Shown: positions 50,846-58,607 of the stretch, piece after piece
Position numbering within the stretch: position 1 is the first letter of the stretch
Layout: each line of letters starts with the position of its first letter
Assembly: GCA_963717155.1 (NCBI GenBank)
Contig: OY970326.1
Location: 677,532-741,531 of the forward strand
Length of the DNA stretch: 64,000 nt
Source of the DNA: an uncultured Actinomycetes bacterium
GTDB taxonomy: Bacteria; Actinomycetota; Thermoleophilia; Gaiellales; JALYLC01
Reading direction: 5' to 3'
Position numbers and translations under genes: made by a program
The notes under the pieces: model-generated
The model's database searches: none
Told to the model about the DNA's origin: nothing
What the model saw: the letters and a program-made list of their open reading frames with translations, nothing else

Positions 50846-51295
50846 TTGATGGGAGCGCCGCCTGCAGTGGTGATCTGCGACGCCCTGACGAAGCGCGGCG
50901 ATACGTGTCGCGCTCGCGTCGGCGCGAATGGTCGGCAGTGCCGGATGCACGACCCGGAGACCGCCGCCCAGACGCTCGCCGCTGTGTCGACGGGTGGCGA
51001 TGCGCCGGGCTCGAGCAAGTTCCGCCTGACGGAGGAGTTGCGGTCTCGTGCGGCGCGCGATCCGGATGCGGTGATCCAGCCCTGGTTCGACGGGTTGGAG
51101 GCGACGAAGACGTTCTTGACGAACGGCCAGGTGGTCGAGGTTCCGGATCATCCGACGCGGATGCGCGCCGCCGAGTTGATCCATGACCGGCTCGACGGCA
51201 AGCCCGCGCAGCGCACGGAGATCACCGGAGTGGACGGCGGGCCACTCTCGTTCCTGGCGGTCTTGAAGGCCTCGACGATCGAGGGCTCGTTCTAA
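50846..51295 (+). CDS. Phage terminase small-subunit-like protein
   Basis: 149-aa ORF whose stop overlaps the TerL start (TAATG). Cys/His-rich N-terminus CDALTKRGDTCRARVGANGRQCRMH. C-terminal RMRAAELIHDRLDGKPAQRTEI resembles TerS-family tails. The call rests mainly on position. Confidence 0.5.
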   Translation: MMGAPPAVVICDALTKRGDTCRARVGANGRQCRMHDPETAAQTLAAVSTGGDAPGSSKFRLTEELRSRAARDPDAVIQPWFDGLEATKTFLTNGQVVEVPDHPTRMRAAELIHDRLDGKPAQRTEITGVDGGPLSFLAVLKASTIEGSF

Positions 51296-53067
51296 TGGCC
51301 GTCGCCGTCCCGGATCAGGTTGTGGAGGAGGATCCGGCCGAGGTCGAGCGGTTGCGGCGCGAGGCGCTCGAGGAGTTGAAGTTCTCGAACTTCATCAAGC
51401 ACTTTAGGATCCTCGACCGTCGCACTGGCCAGCTGATCCCATTCGTGCCGAACGCGGTGCAGCTGGATCTGCGGACGCGGATCGAGGCGAAGCTGGCGGC
51501 CGGCGAGCCGGTGCGGATCTGGGTGCTCAAGTCGCGGCGGATGGGGATCAGTACGATCATCCAGGCGACGTTCGCGCATCTGGCGTTCACGAAGTGGTTC
51601 TTCACGGTGCGCACGGGCGCGCACGAGCAGTTCGCGAGCTCGACGCTGCACAACATGACCGAGCTGATGTACCGCTCGCTGCCAGCTGAGCTGCAGGTGC
51701 CGAAGGAGACCGGGCTGCAGGGCCGGGTGTTGGCGTTTACGACCGGCTCGGGCCTGACGACGTTCACCGCGAAGTCGAGCGACGGTGTTGGCCGGTCGAC
51801 CGCGGCGCGGGCCGTCCATGCTTCTGAGGTGGCGTATTGGGATAACCCGTTTGAGACGATGGCGTCGCTTCGTAACACGGTGCCGTTCGAGCCGAACACG
51901 TTCGTAATCGGCGAGTCCACCGCCAACGGAGTAGGTGATTTCTTCCACCAGGAGTGGGAGCGCGCGAAGTCTGGCGAGTCGGGCTACGAGGCGGTCTTCT
52001 ACGGCTGGTTCGAATACCCCGACTACCGCATGCCCGTCCCCGCCGTGGGTCTCGGTGAGTTGGATGCAGAGGAGCAGGCGCTCGTCGAATCGTTTGGTGT
52101 CGACGAGGAGCAGCTTGCGTGGCGTCGGCACACGATCAAGAACGAGTGCGGCGGCAAACTCGACACGTTCCACCAGGAGTTCCCCGCGACCGACGACGAG
52201 GCGTTCCTCAGTTCTGGTCGGCCGCTATTCACCGGGTTGAGCGAAGTGCCGACGTCGCCGCCGAAGTACGTTGGCGAGATCGAGGGTCTGCCGGTGAAGG
52301 GTGGAAGCATCGAGTTCGTGCGGCGATCAGACGGCCGGATCAAACTCTGGGAAGCGCCGAAGGCTGGGCGCCGCTACGTGATCGGTGCGGACTGTGCCGG
52401 TAGCGTCGTGCAGGCTGAGTACAACGCGCGGGCTGTCGGCCAGAAGATCGATGCGTACTGCGCGTACGTCGTTGACGTTGAGACGGCGCGCACGGTGGGG
52501 TGCTTCCACGCCCGGGGGATCACCGAGAAGTCGTTTGCTCGTGAGCTCGCGGTGATCGCGTGTCTGTTCCGGGACGCCGAGGTTGCGGTCGAGCGTGCCG
52601 GCGGGTATGGCACGGCGACGCTGATGGAGCTGCGAGACGCGTGGCCAAGGACGCGCGTCTACGAGCACGTGGATGACGATTCGACGGAGCGGCACGACCT
52701 GACGGGTGCGATGGGTTTCCCGATGACGTCGGTTACGCGACCGCTCGTGCTGCAGCACCTTGACGTGTTGCTGCGCGAGACGCCGGAATGTCTCCGGGAC
52801 GCCGAGCTCGTAGGCGAGATGCGAACGTTCGTGACGACGAAATCGGGGAAGCTCGCGGCCGACACTGGTTGCCACGACGACCGCGTGATGGCGCGCGCAA
52901 TCGCCGCGTGGGTCCGGAACCTGCGGGCGACTCGAGCGATCCGGATACCGCTCACCCCGGAGCAGAAGCGCAAGCGAGTGCTGGCCGAGAGAGCACGCGA
53001 CCGAAACGCGATCAACCCGATCCTCGCCCGAGTTCCGCGCATCGATCCGCGGCGCCCGCGATATTGA
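51295..53067 (+). CDS. Phage terminase large subunit
   Basis: Intact 590-aa ORF. WVLKSRRMGISTIIQ (Walker A-like), AVHASEVAYWDNP, VIGESTANG, TFHQEFPATDDEAF, YVIGADCAG and CHDDRVMARAIA (RNase H-like nuclease acidic residues). Confidence 0.8.
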   Translation: MAVAVPDQVVEEDPAEVERLRREALEELKFSNFIKHFRILDRRTGQLIPFVPNAVQLDLRTRIEAKLAAGEPVRIWVLKSRRMGISTIIQATFAHLAFTKWFFTVRTGAHEQFASSTLHNMTELMYRSLPAELQVPKETGLQGRVLAFTTGSGLTTFTAKSSDGVGRSTAARAVHASEVAYWDNPFETMASLRNTVPFEPNTFVIGESTANGVGDFFHQEWERAKSGESGYEAVFYGWFEYPDYRMPVPAVGLGELDAEEQALVESFGVDEEQLAWRRHTIKNECGGKLDTFHQEFPATDDEAFLSSGRPLFTGLSEVPTSPPKYVGEIEGLPVKGGSIEFVRRSDGRIKLWEAPKAGRRYVIGADCAGSVVQAEYNARAVGQKIDAYCAYVVDVETARTVGCFHARGITEKSFARELAVIACLFRDAEVAVERAGGYGTATLMELRDAWPRTRVYEHVDDDSTERHDLTGAMGFPMTSVTRPLVLQHLDVLLRETPECLRDAELVGEMRTFVTTKSGKLAADTGCHDDRVMARAIAAWVRNLRATRAIRIPLTPEQKRKRVLAERARDRNAINPILARVPRIDPRRPRY

Positions 53068-53193
53068 GCACCTGGCTGCCGAGTACCGACTCGACCGCTA
53101 GCCGGAGGGGCGGCGGCGACGGAGGTGACGGGAGTTGTCAGCCGCCGCCCACATCAGTCCTGGTCCTCGGCGGCGCGGCATTCAAGCTGGCCG

Positions 53194-53394
53194 ATGGACG
53201 AGGCCGACCACGGCGACTGCAACCATTCCTCTATGCGCAAGCGAGCCGCCGAACGCGACGAAACGCGAGCCGAGGCGGCCGCGATCCTGCGCCGCTTTCT
53301 CGAGACTGCCGACGACCTGCCCGAGACCGTAATCGCCTACCTAAGGGGCTGGGCGGACGCGTTCGAGTACGGTGCGACGCGTCCAACTCCTTAA
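53194..53394 (+). CDS. Hypothetical small protein
   Basis: 66 aa from ATG 53194 (MDEADHGDCNHSSMRKRAAERDETRAEAAAILRRFLETADDLPETVIAYLRGWADAFEYG...). Lies between terL and the recombinase gene. No motif. Confidence 0.3.
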   Translation: MDEADHGDCNHSSMRKRAAERDETRAEAAAILRRFLETADDLPETVIAYLRGWADAFEYGATRPTP

Positions 53395-53432
53395 GTCTTA
53401 CAGCTAACGTTTACGCATGATACGCTGAGGAC

Positions 53433-54125
53433 ATGGAATCCACCCCGCGGCGCCGTCGCCGGATCGACCCGTCCGCGCCGCTCGCCGCATACATCAGAGT
53501 CTCAAGCGCGAGCCAGGCCGACAGCGGCATCAGCCTCGATGGTCAGCGCTCAACGATCACCGAGTACGCCGCGAGCAAGGGCCTGCCGATCGGCACGTGG
53601 TACGAGGACGCGGCGGTGTCCGGGGGCAAGCGAGCACGCTCACGACCGGGACTGCGCGGAGCGCTCGAGGCGATCGATAGCGGCGAGGCGGGCGGCCTGA
53701 TCGTCGCGAAGATCGACCGACTCGGCCGCAGCGCTGAAGCGATCACCCTCTGCGAGGACGCGGCGCGCGGTGGCTGGCAGGTCGTCGTCGTCGACCTCGG
53801 CCTCGACACGACGACTGAGAGCGGCGAGGCCGTGCTCTGGGCGTTTTCGATGGTCGCTCGGATGGAACTGCGGCGCGCGAGCACGCGGATGCGCGACTTT
53901 CACGCCGAGCGCCGGCGCCAGGGGCTGCGCCGGCGCGATGCGGTGCCCGTCGAAATCGCCGACCGGATGCTCGCAATGCGAGAGCAGGGGCTCTCGTACG
54001 AGCGCATCGGCCAGGCCCTCGACGCTGAAGGCATCCCAACGGCCACAGGTGGAAAGCGATGGTGGCCGATGACGGTGCGGAGCGCCGCGCTGGCTCGCAG
54101 CCGCGAGCTCGCCGACCAGGACTAG
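53433..54125 (+). CDS. Small serine recombinase (resolvase/invertase family), intact
   Basis: AAYIRVSSASQ (catalytic Ser), GLIVAKIDRLGRS, SGEAVLWAFSMVARMELRRASTRMRD. C-terminal HTH LSYERIGQALDAEGIPTATGGKRWWPMTV. Confidence 0.9.
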   Translation: MESTPRRRRRIDPSAPLAAYIRVSSASQADSGISLDGQRSTITEYAASKGLPIGTWYEDAAVSGGKRARSRPGLRGALEAIDSGEAGGLIVAKIDRLGRSAEAITLCEDAARGGWQVVVVDLGLDTTTESGEAVLWAFSMVARMELRRASTRMRDFHAERRRQGLRRRDAVPVEIADRMLAMREQGLSYERIGQALDAEGIPTATGGKRWWPMTVRSAALARSRELADQD

Positions 54126-54285
54126 GGGCCGTTGGCGACCGAGCGGCTCGGTCGGAGTTGGGCCACCTCAGCTATACGAGGCTGGTCATCTGAGGACGGC
54201 AAAGAGCAGGCAACACGCGAGTAGGAGTCGCGATCAGGAGGACGAGGCGTCCGACCCAGGCTTGTTTCAGCATCTCGTCACGGTT

Positions 54286-54623
54286 CTAGACGAAGTCGAA
54301 GCGTTCGGTGGTTGAGTCGGTCGGCTGGGATGCCCATCGAGAGGAGGAGGCGTTCGATCGCGTCGAGCATGGGCGGTGATCCACAGACGAAGTACTCGAA
54401 TCGTCCGGACTGATGCCAAACGGTGCGGCGACCGACTTGAACCGTGCGTCAGTGCGAACTGCAGGCCCATCATCGACAGTCCGACGAAGCCCAAGGCGAC
54501 GGACAGCTCGGCGAGGAAGGGACGTCCCGCCGGAGGGTGGCCGAACGCGACGATCAGCAGCGGTGTCAGGGCAAGCAGCAGGTACAGCACCACCCACGCG
54601 ACACCACTCAGCGCGCTCTTCAC
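54286..54623 (-). pseudogene. Remnant of a ferric-reductase-domain/FAD-NAD oxidoreductase gene (N-terminal TM segment fused to extreme C-terminus, plus frameshifts)
   Basis: GTG 54623 after GAGGAAA: MKSALSGVAWVVLYLLLALTPLLIVAFGHPPAGRPFLAELSVALGFVGLSMMGLQFALT, then ARFKSVAAPFGI. This is followed directly by FEYFVCGSPPMLDAIERLLLSMGIPADRL and ...ERFDFV* in shifted frames. The several hundred codons expected in between are absent. Confidence 0.5.
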
Positions 54624-54631
54624 CGGTTTCC

Positions 54632-55273
54632 TCAGTGCCCAGTCAGGCGGATCACGCCGACTGCGTCGAGCCCGTTCAGGACGAGCTGGACGGCGAGCGC
54701 GGCAAGCAAGAACCCAAACACCTTCTCCGTGATGAGCATGCGGCTCTGATCGAGGTGCTGGCTGACGCGGTTCGCCCAGCGAAACACGACGGCGTCGAGC
54801 GCAAGCACCAGCGCGGTGAGCACCCCGACAACGGCGATGTGCCCGACGGACGCCGCATCTGCAGAGGCCGTCACGAGCACGACGATGCCGGCGGGATTGA
54901 GCAGATACGGCACTGCAAGCGGAAAGACCGCCGTGTCCATGGGGTCGCGGCCGCTGGCCTCGTGCCGTGCCTCCTCGCTCTGGCCGCGCACCATCCCGAC
55001 CGCGATGATCACAAGGATCAGGCCACCAGCCACGGAGAGCGCGCCCGTAGAGAAGTGCAGCAACCTCGTCAGCAGCCCACCCAGGATGAGCAGCACAAAC
55101 GCGACCGTCGCTGCGGTCGTGAGCATCTTTCGCGTGACGCGAGCCTTCACACTGGCGTCCATCGCGGCTGTCACCTCGACGAAGGGAACCAGCGCGATCT
55201 TCGGACCGACCCCGATCAGCAGGAGCAGGAAGATGTCGATGATCGTGTAGATGTCGAACGACGCGAAGTCCAT
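54632..55273 (-). CDS. MarC family (UPF0056) integral membrane protein
   Basis: Intact 213-aa ORF with about 6 TM helices. FLLLLIGVGPKIALVPFVEV... and FPLAVPYLLNPAGIVVLV are typical of MarC-family proteins. Confidence 0.8.
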   Translation of the reverse strand: MDFASFDIYTIIDIFLLLLIGVGPKIALVPFVEVTAAMDASVKARVTRKMLTTAATVAFVLLILGGLLTRLLHFSTGALSVAGGLILVIIAVGMVRGQSEEARHEASGRDPMDTAVFPLAVPYLLNPAGIVVLVTASADAASVGHIAVVGVLTALVLALDAVVFRWANRVSQHLDQSRMLITEKVFGFLLAALAVQLVLNGLDAVGVIRLTGH

Positions 55274-55480
55274 GCGTCAGCCTGCGTTCCAAGGCCTGGT
55301 GCCGATCGGTTCGTCGTCGTGGACGACCGCCATCGATCGAGCATTGCATATCGTCGGGTCATTGCCCGCCGACGTGACCAGGCCGCTCGGCGTGAGTCTA
55401 TCTCCGCTCGCGGCCACATCCATTGCTGGATGCTGAGTTAGCGCCCCGTGTGCGTCCCGAGCGGGGCTACCCCGGGGAGA

Positions 55481-56148
55481 TTGCGTCATCGGCTACGTCC
55501 GCGTCTCGACCGGCGAACAGGTCGCTAGCGGCGCCGGCCTCGAGGGCCAGCGCGAGACGCTGCGCGCCGCCCCCCGCCCAGCGCGGCTGGGATCTGGTGG
55601 ACATCGTGGCCGACGAGGGCGAGAGCGGCGGCAAGAGTCACGCGACACGCCCCGGTCTATGCGCGGCCATCAGCCGCATCGAAGCCGGCGAGGCCGACGC
55701 GCTGGCCGTTTGCGAAGCTCGACCGTCTCAGTCGCAGCGTCCGCGATCTCGCCGACCTCGCCGAGCGCAGCCGGCCGAAGGGCAAGCAGAAGGGCTTGGG
55801 TCTGATCCTGCTCGACATCGACGTCGACACCTCGAGCCCGAGCGGCGAGTTCATGCTGAACGTGATGGTCTCCGCTGTGCAGTGTGAGCGGCGGATAATC
55901 AGCCAGCGCACAAAGGACGCGCTCGCAGTCAAGCGGGCTAGGGCTTCCGGCTTGGTCGGCCGAGCACGCTCGCTCCCGAGCTCGTCGAGCGCATCGTGCG
56001 TGAGCGCAAGGGTGGCGCCTCACTGAGCGCGATCGCGGACGAACTGAACACCCAGGGTGTCCCGACCGCTCAGGGCGGCACGACCTGGTGGCTGGCGACA
56101 GTGCGGAAGGTGCTCTCTGGCCAGGATGCCGCCAAGCTCGTCGCGTAG
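55481..56148 (+). CDS. Small serine recombinase (resolvase/invertase family), frameshifted about 4 times
   Basis: IGYVRVSTGEQ (catalytic Ser), GWDLVDIVADEGESGGK, EADALAV.KLDRLSRSVRDLADL, GEFMLNVMVSAVQCERRIISQRTKDAL. C-terminal HTH ELVERIVRERKGGASLSAIADELNTQGVPTAQGGTTWWLATVRKVL. Confidence 0.8.
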
Positions 56149-56286
56149 CTTCACCGAACGACACCGAGGAGGGGCCAGTGCGGCGACAACGCTGCGCGCC
56201 CGTAGCACCCAGTCTCGACCTCAAGCTCTCACGAACGGTGTCGGGTGCGACGTGGCATACTCGTCGCCTCCCGGAAAGAGGGTTCG

Positions 56287-57748
56287 ATGAGCACGGTTCG
56301 GTCTGACTCGGGGCCGGCGAGGGTTTCGAAGCGCGGGCGTGCGCCGCGGGTGGTGGCGCATCTGAGTGTGGCGGAGCGGGTGGCGCGGGGTCGTGCGGCG
56401 CGCGTCGAGGTGCCGCGGTCGAGCCACGCAGAATTCAGCCCGGCGGCGCATCGTCTCGATCCGGTCGCGCTCCTGGAGTCGCAGGCGGCGTCGCGCGTTC
56501 CGGAGCTGGTGCCGATCCGCTACGGGCGGATGCTGGTCTCGCCGTTCACGTTCTACCGTGGTGCGGCGCTGATCATGGCGGCCGATCTGGCGGCGAGCCC
56601 GCAGTCGGGATTGCGCGCCCAGCTGTGCGGGGACGCGCACCTGTCGAACTTCGGCGTGTTCGCGTCTCCCGAGCGGCGGCTGGTGTTCGACCTGAACGAC
56701 TTCGACGAGACGCTGCCGGGGCCGTGGGAGTGGGACGTCAAGCGGTTGGCGGCGAGCTTCGAGGTGGCCGGCCGCGAGAACGGCTACTCCGCCAAGGAGC
56801 GGCGGACGATCGCGCTCGCCACGGTCGCGGGCTACCGCACCGCGATGCGCAGCTTTGCCGGCATGCGCGCCCTCGACGTCTGGTATGCCCGCGCCGAAGT
56901 CGACGACCTGCTCGGCGAGTTGCGCGGCGAGCTGAAGACGCGGACGGCAGCGCGCGCCGAGCAGACGATCGCCAAGGCGCGGACACGTGACAGCATGACG
57001 AGCTTCTCGAAGCTCACCCGGCTAGTGGACGGCGAGCCGCAGATCGTCTCCGACCCGCCGCTGATCGAACGGCTCGAGGAGCTCGCACCCGGCCGCGAGC
57101 GAGAGGCCATCGCGGAATCGCTGCACGCGCTGCTGCGCCTCTACCGCCAGTCGCTCGAGACCGACCGGCGCGTCCTCGTCGAACAGTTCCGGCTCGTCGA
57201 CTTCGCACGCAAGGTCGTCGGCGTCGGAAGCGTCGGCACGCGCGCCTGGATCGCGCTGATGCTCGGCCGCGACGAACAAGACCCGCTGTTCCTCCAGTTC
57301 AAGGAGGCCCAGCCGTCGGTGCTCGAGGAGTTCACCGCCAGGAGCGAGTTCTCCAACCACGGCCAGCGCGTCGTCGCCGGCCAGCGCCTCATGCAGGCAA
57401 CGAGCGACATCTTCCTCGGCTGGGTACACGTCGCGGCCGGCATCGACGGCCAGGCCCGAGACTTCTACGTCCGCCAGTTGAAGGACTGGAAGGGATCGTT
57501 CGAGACTCGGCCGGTGCATTGCCGCAAGCCGCGGCGATCTACGGTCGCGTCTGCGGCTGGACACTCGCCCGCGCGCACGCCCGCTCCGGAGACCGCATCG
57601 CGATCGCGCCTACCTCGGCAGCAGCGACGCCTTCGACCGCGCCATCGCGGACTTCTCCAACGCCTACGCCGACCAGAACGAACGCGACTACAACGCCCTC
57701 AAGAGCGCGGTCGCCGACGGCCGGGTCGAGGCGCACACAGGTCTGTAG
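56287..57748 (+). CDS. DUF2252 domain-containing protein (one or two frameshifts near 57500-57600)
   Basis: ELVPIRYGRMLVSPFTFYRGAALIMAADLA, LCGDAHLSNFGVFASPERRLVFDLNDFDETLPGPWEWDVKRLAASF, GVGSVGTRAWIALMLG. C-terminal AIYGRVCGWTLARAHARSGD...NERDYNAL is in a shifted frame. Confidence 0.8.
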
Positions 57749-57904
57749 GCGACCCGCCTGACCAGGCGCATACATTCGATACCAAATGACGGCCGCCCGC
57801 GTCGACGTCTACAGCCGGAGCTGGGGTGCCTACTTTGGGTCGCGAGCCGGTCCAGAGCGCGGGGGCGGGTAGGAGAGGCGACTGGAGCGGCGAACGCCGA
57901 GCCG

Positions 57905-58354
57905 ATGTCGGAAGAGACTCGCCTCGAGCGCTGGCTCTCCCGTGCCATTGCGCGGGCGACGACGCCGCGCGCAGGTGCCGCGATCATCGCCACGGTAACG
58001 ACGGTCGCAACTGTCGGCTTCGGCGTGCTGATGACGACGATCGACCACAAGAACTTCACCACGGTCGGCCAGGGGCTGTGGTGGTCGGTCCAGACGGTCA
58101 CGACCGTGGGGTACGGTGACCGCGTCCCGGGCACCACAGCCGGGCGACTCTTCGCCGCGCTGGTCATGCTGATCGGACTCGCCTTCCTCGCGGTGATCAC
58201 GGCCGCGATCACGAGTTCGTTCGTGGCGCGGGCCACCGAGGAGCGCGCGAACCACGCCGGCGCCGGTGTCGCTCCAGCGACCGCGCGCGACGTGCGCGAC
58301 ATCAACGAACGGCTTGACCGCATGGAAGCCCTGCTACGAGAACAGTCTCGATAG
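57905..58354 (+). CDS. Two-TM KcsA-like potassium channel
   Basis: Intact 149-aa ORF. GLWWSVQTVTTVGYGDRVP carries the TVGYGD selectivity filter, flanked by two TM helices. Confidence 0.9.
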   Translation: MSEETRLERWLSRAIARATTPRAGAAIIATVTTVATVGFGVLMTTIDHKNFTTVGQGLWWSVQTVTTVGYGDRVPGTTAGRLFAALVMLIGLAFLAVITAAITSSFVARATEERANHAGAGVAPATARDVRDINERLDRMEALLREQSR

Positions 58355-58365
58355 ACGACCGCTGG

Positions 58366-58592
58366 GGGCCGCGCCGCTCGCCCCTGGAGTCGGTTATCGG
58401 CCGACGGCCATTCGGTTTAGCCGCGAGCTCGTCAGGCGGATCGTACGGGAGCGGAGCAAGGGCTCGTCCCTTAGCGCGATCGCCGACGGTTTGACCGACG
58501 AGGGCGTACCAACCACGCATGGTGGGGCTCGATGGTGGCCCGCGACCGTGCGCAAGGTGCTTGCCGGTCAGGACGCTTCGACGCTTACCTGA
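58366..58592 (+). pseudogene. C-terminal (HTH) fragment of a third serine recombinase; catalytic domain absent
   Basis: ...FSRELVRRIVRERSKGSSLSAIADGLTDEGVPTTHGGARWWPATVRKVLAGQDASTLT* aligns residue for residue with the tail of the 55481-56148 recombinase. It starts 12 nt after the K+ channel stop with no serine-catalytic region upstream. Confidence 0.65.
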
Positions 58593-58607
58593 TTCGACCG
58601 TCGCCTT

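Larger units (their letters stand above)
48388..58592. mobile_element. Putative mosaic genomic island / degraded integrated element next to tRNA-Arg (boundaries not defined; may extend to window end)
   Basis: Begins at a tRNA 3' end. Contains phage TerS/TerL, three serine-recombinase genes or fragments, gene remnants and unrelated cargo genes, with visibly less GC-rich intergenic patches. No flanking direct repeats found by eye. Confidence 0.4.

Noticed and set aside
54267-55349. 360-aa minus-strand ORF spanning the MarC region
   Set aside because: It is an alternative frame of the same strand as MarC. MarC (54632-55273) has clean TM-helix architecture, while this ORF is Arg-rich. Only its last ~60 codons (the ferric-reductase remnant) look real.
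56196-56206. 11-nt identity (GCGCCCGTAGC) to the 5' end of tRNA-Arg, as a possible island boundary repeat
   Set aside because: It matches the 5' end of the tRNA rather than the 3' end. It does not extend further, lies in the middle of the mosaic region, and is short enough to occur by chance in GC-rich DNA.
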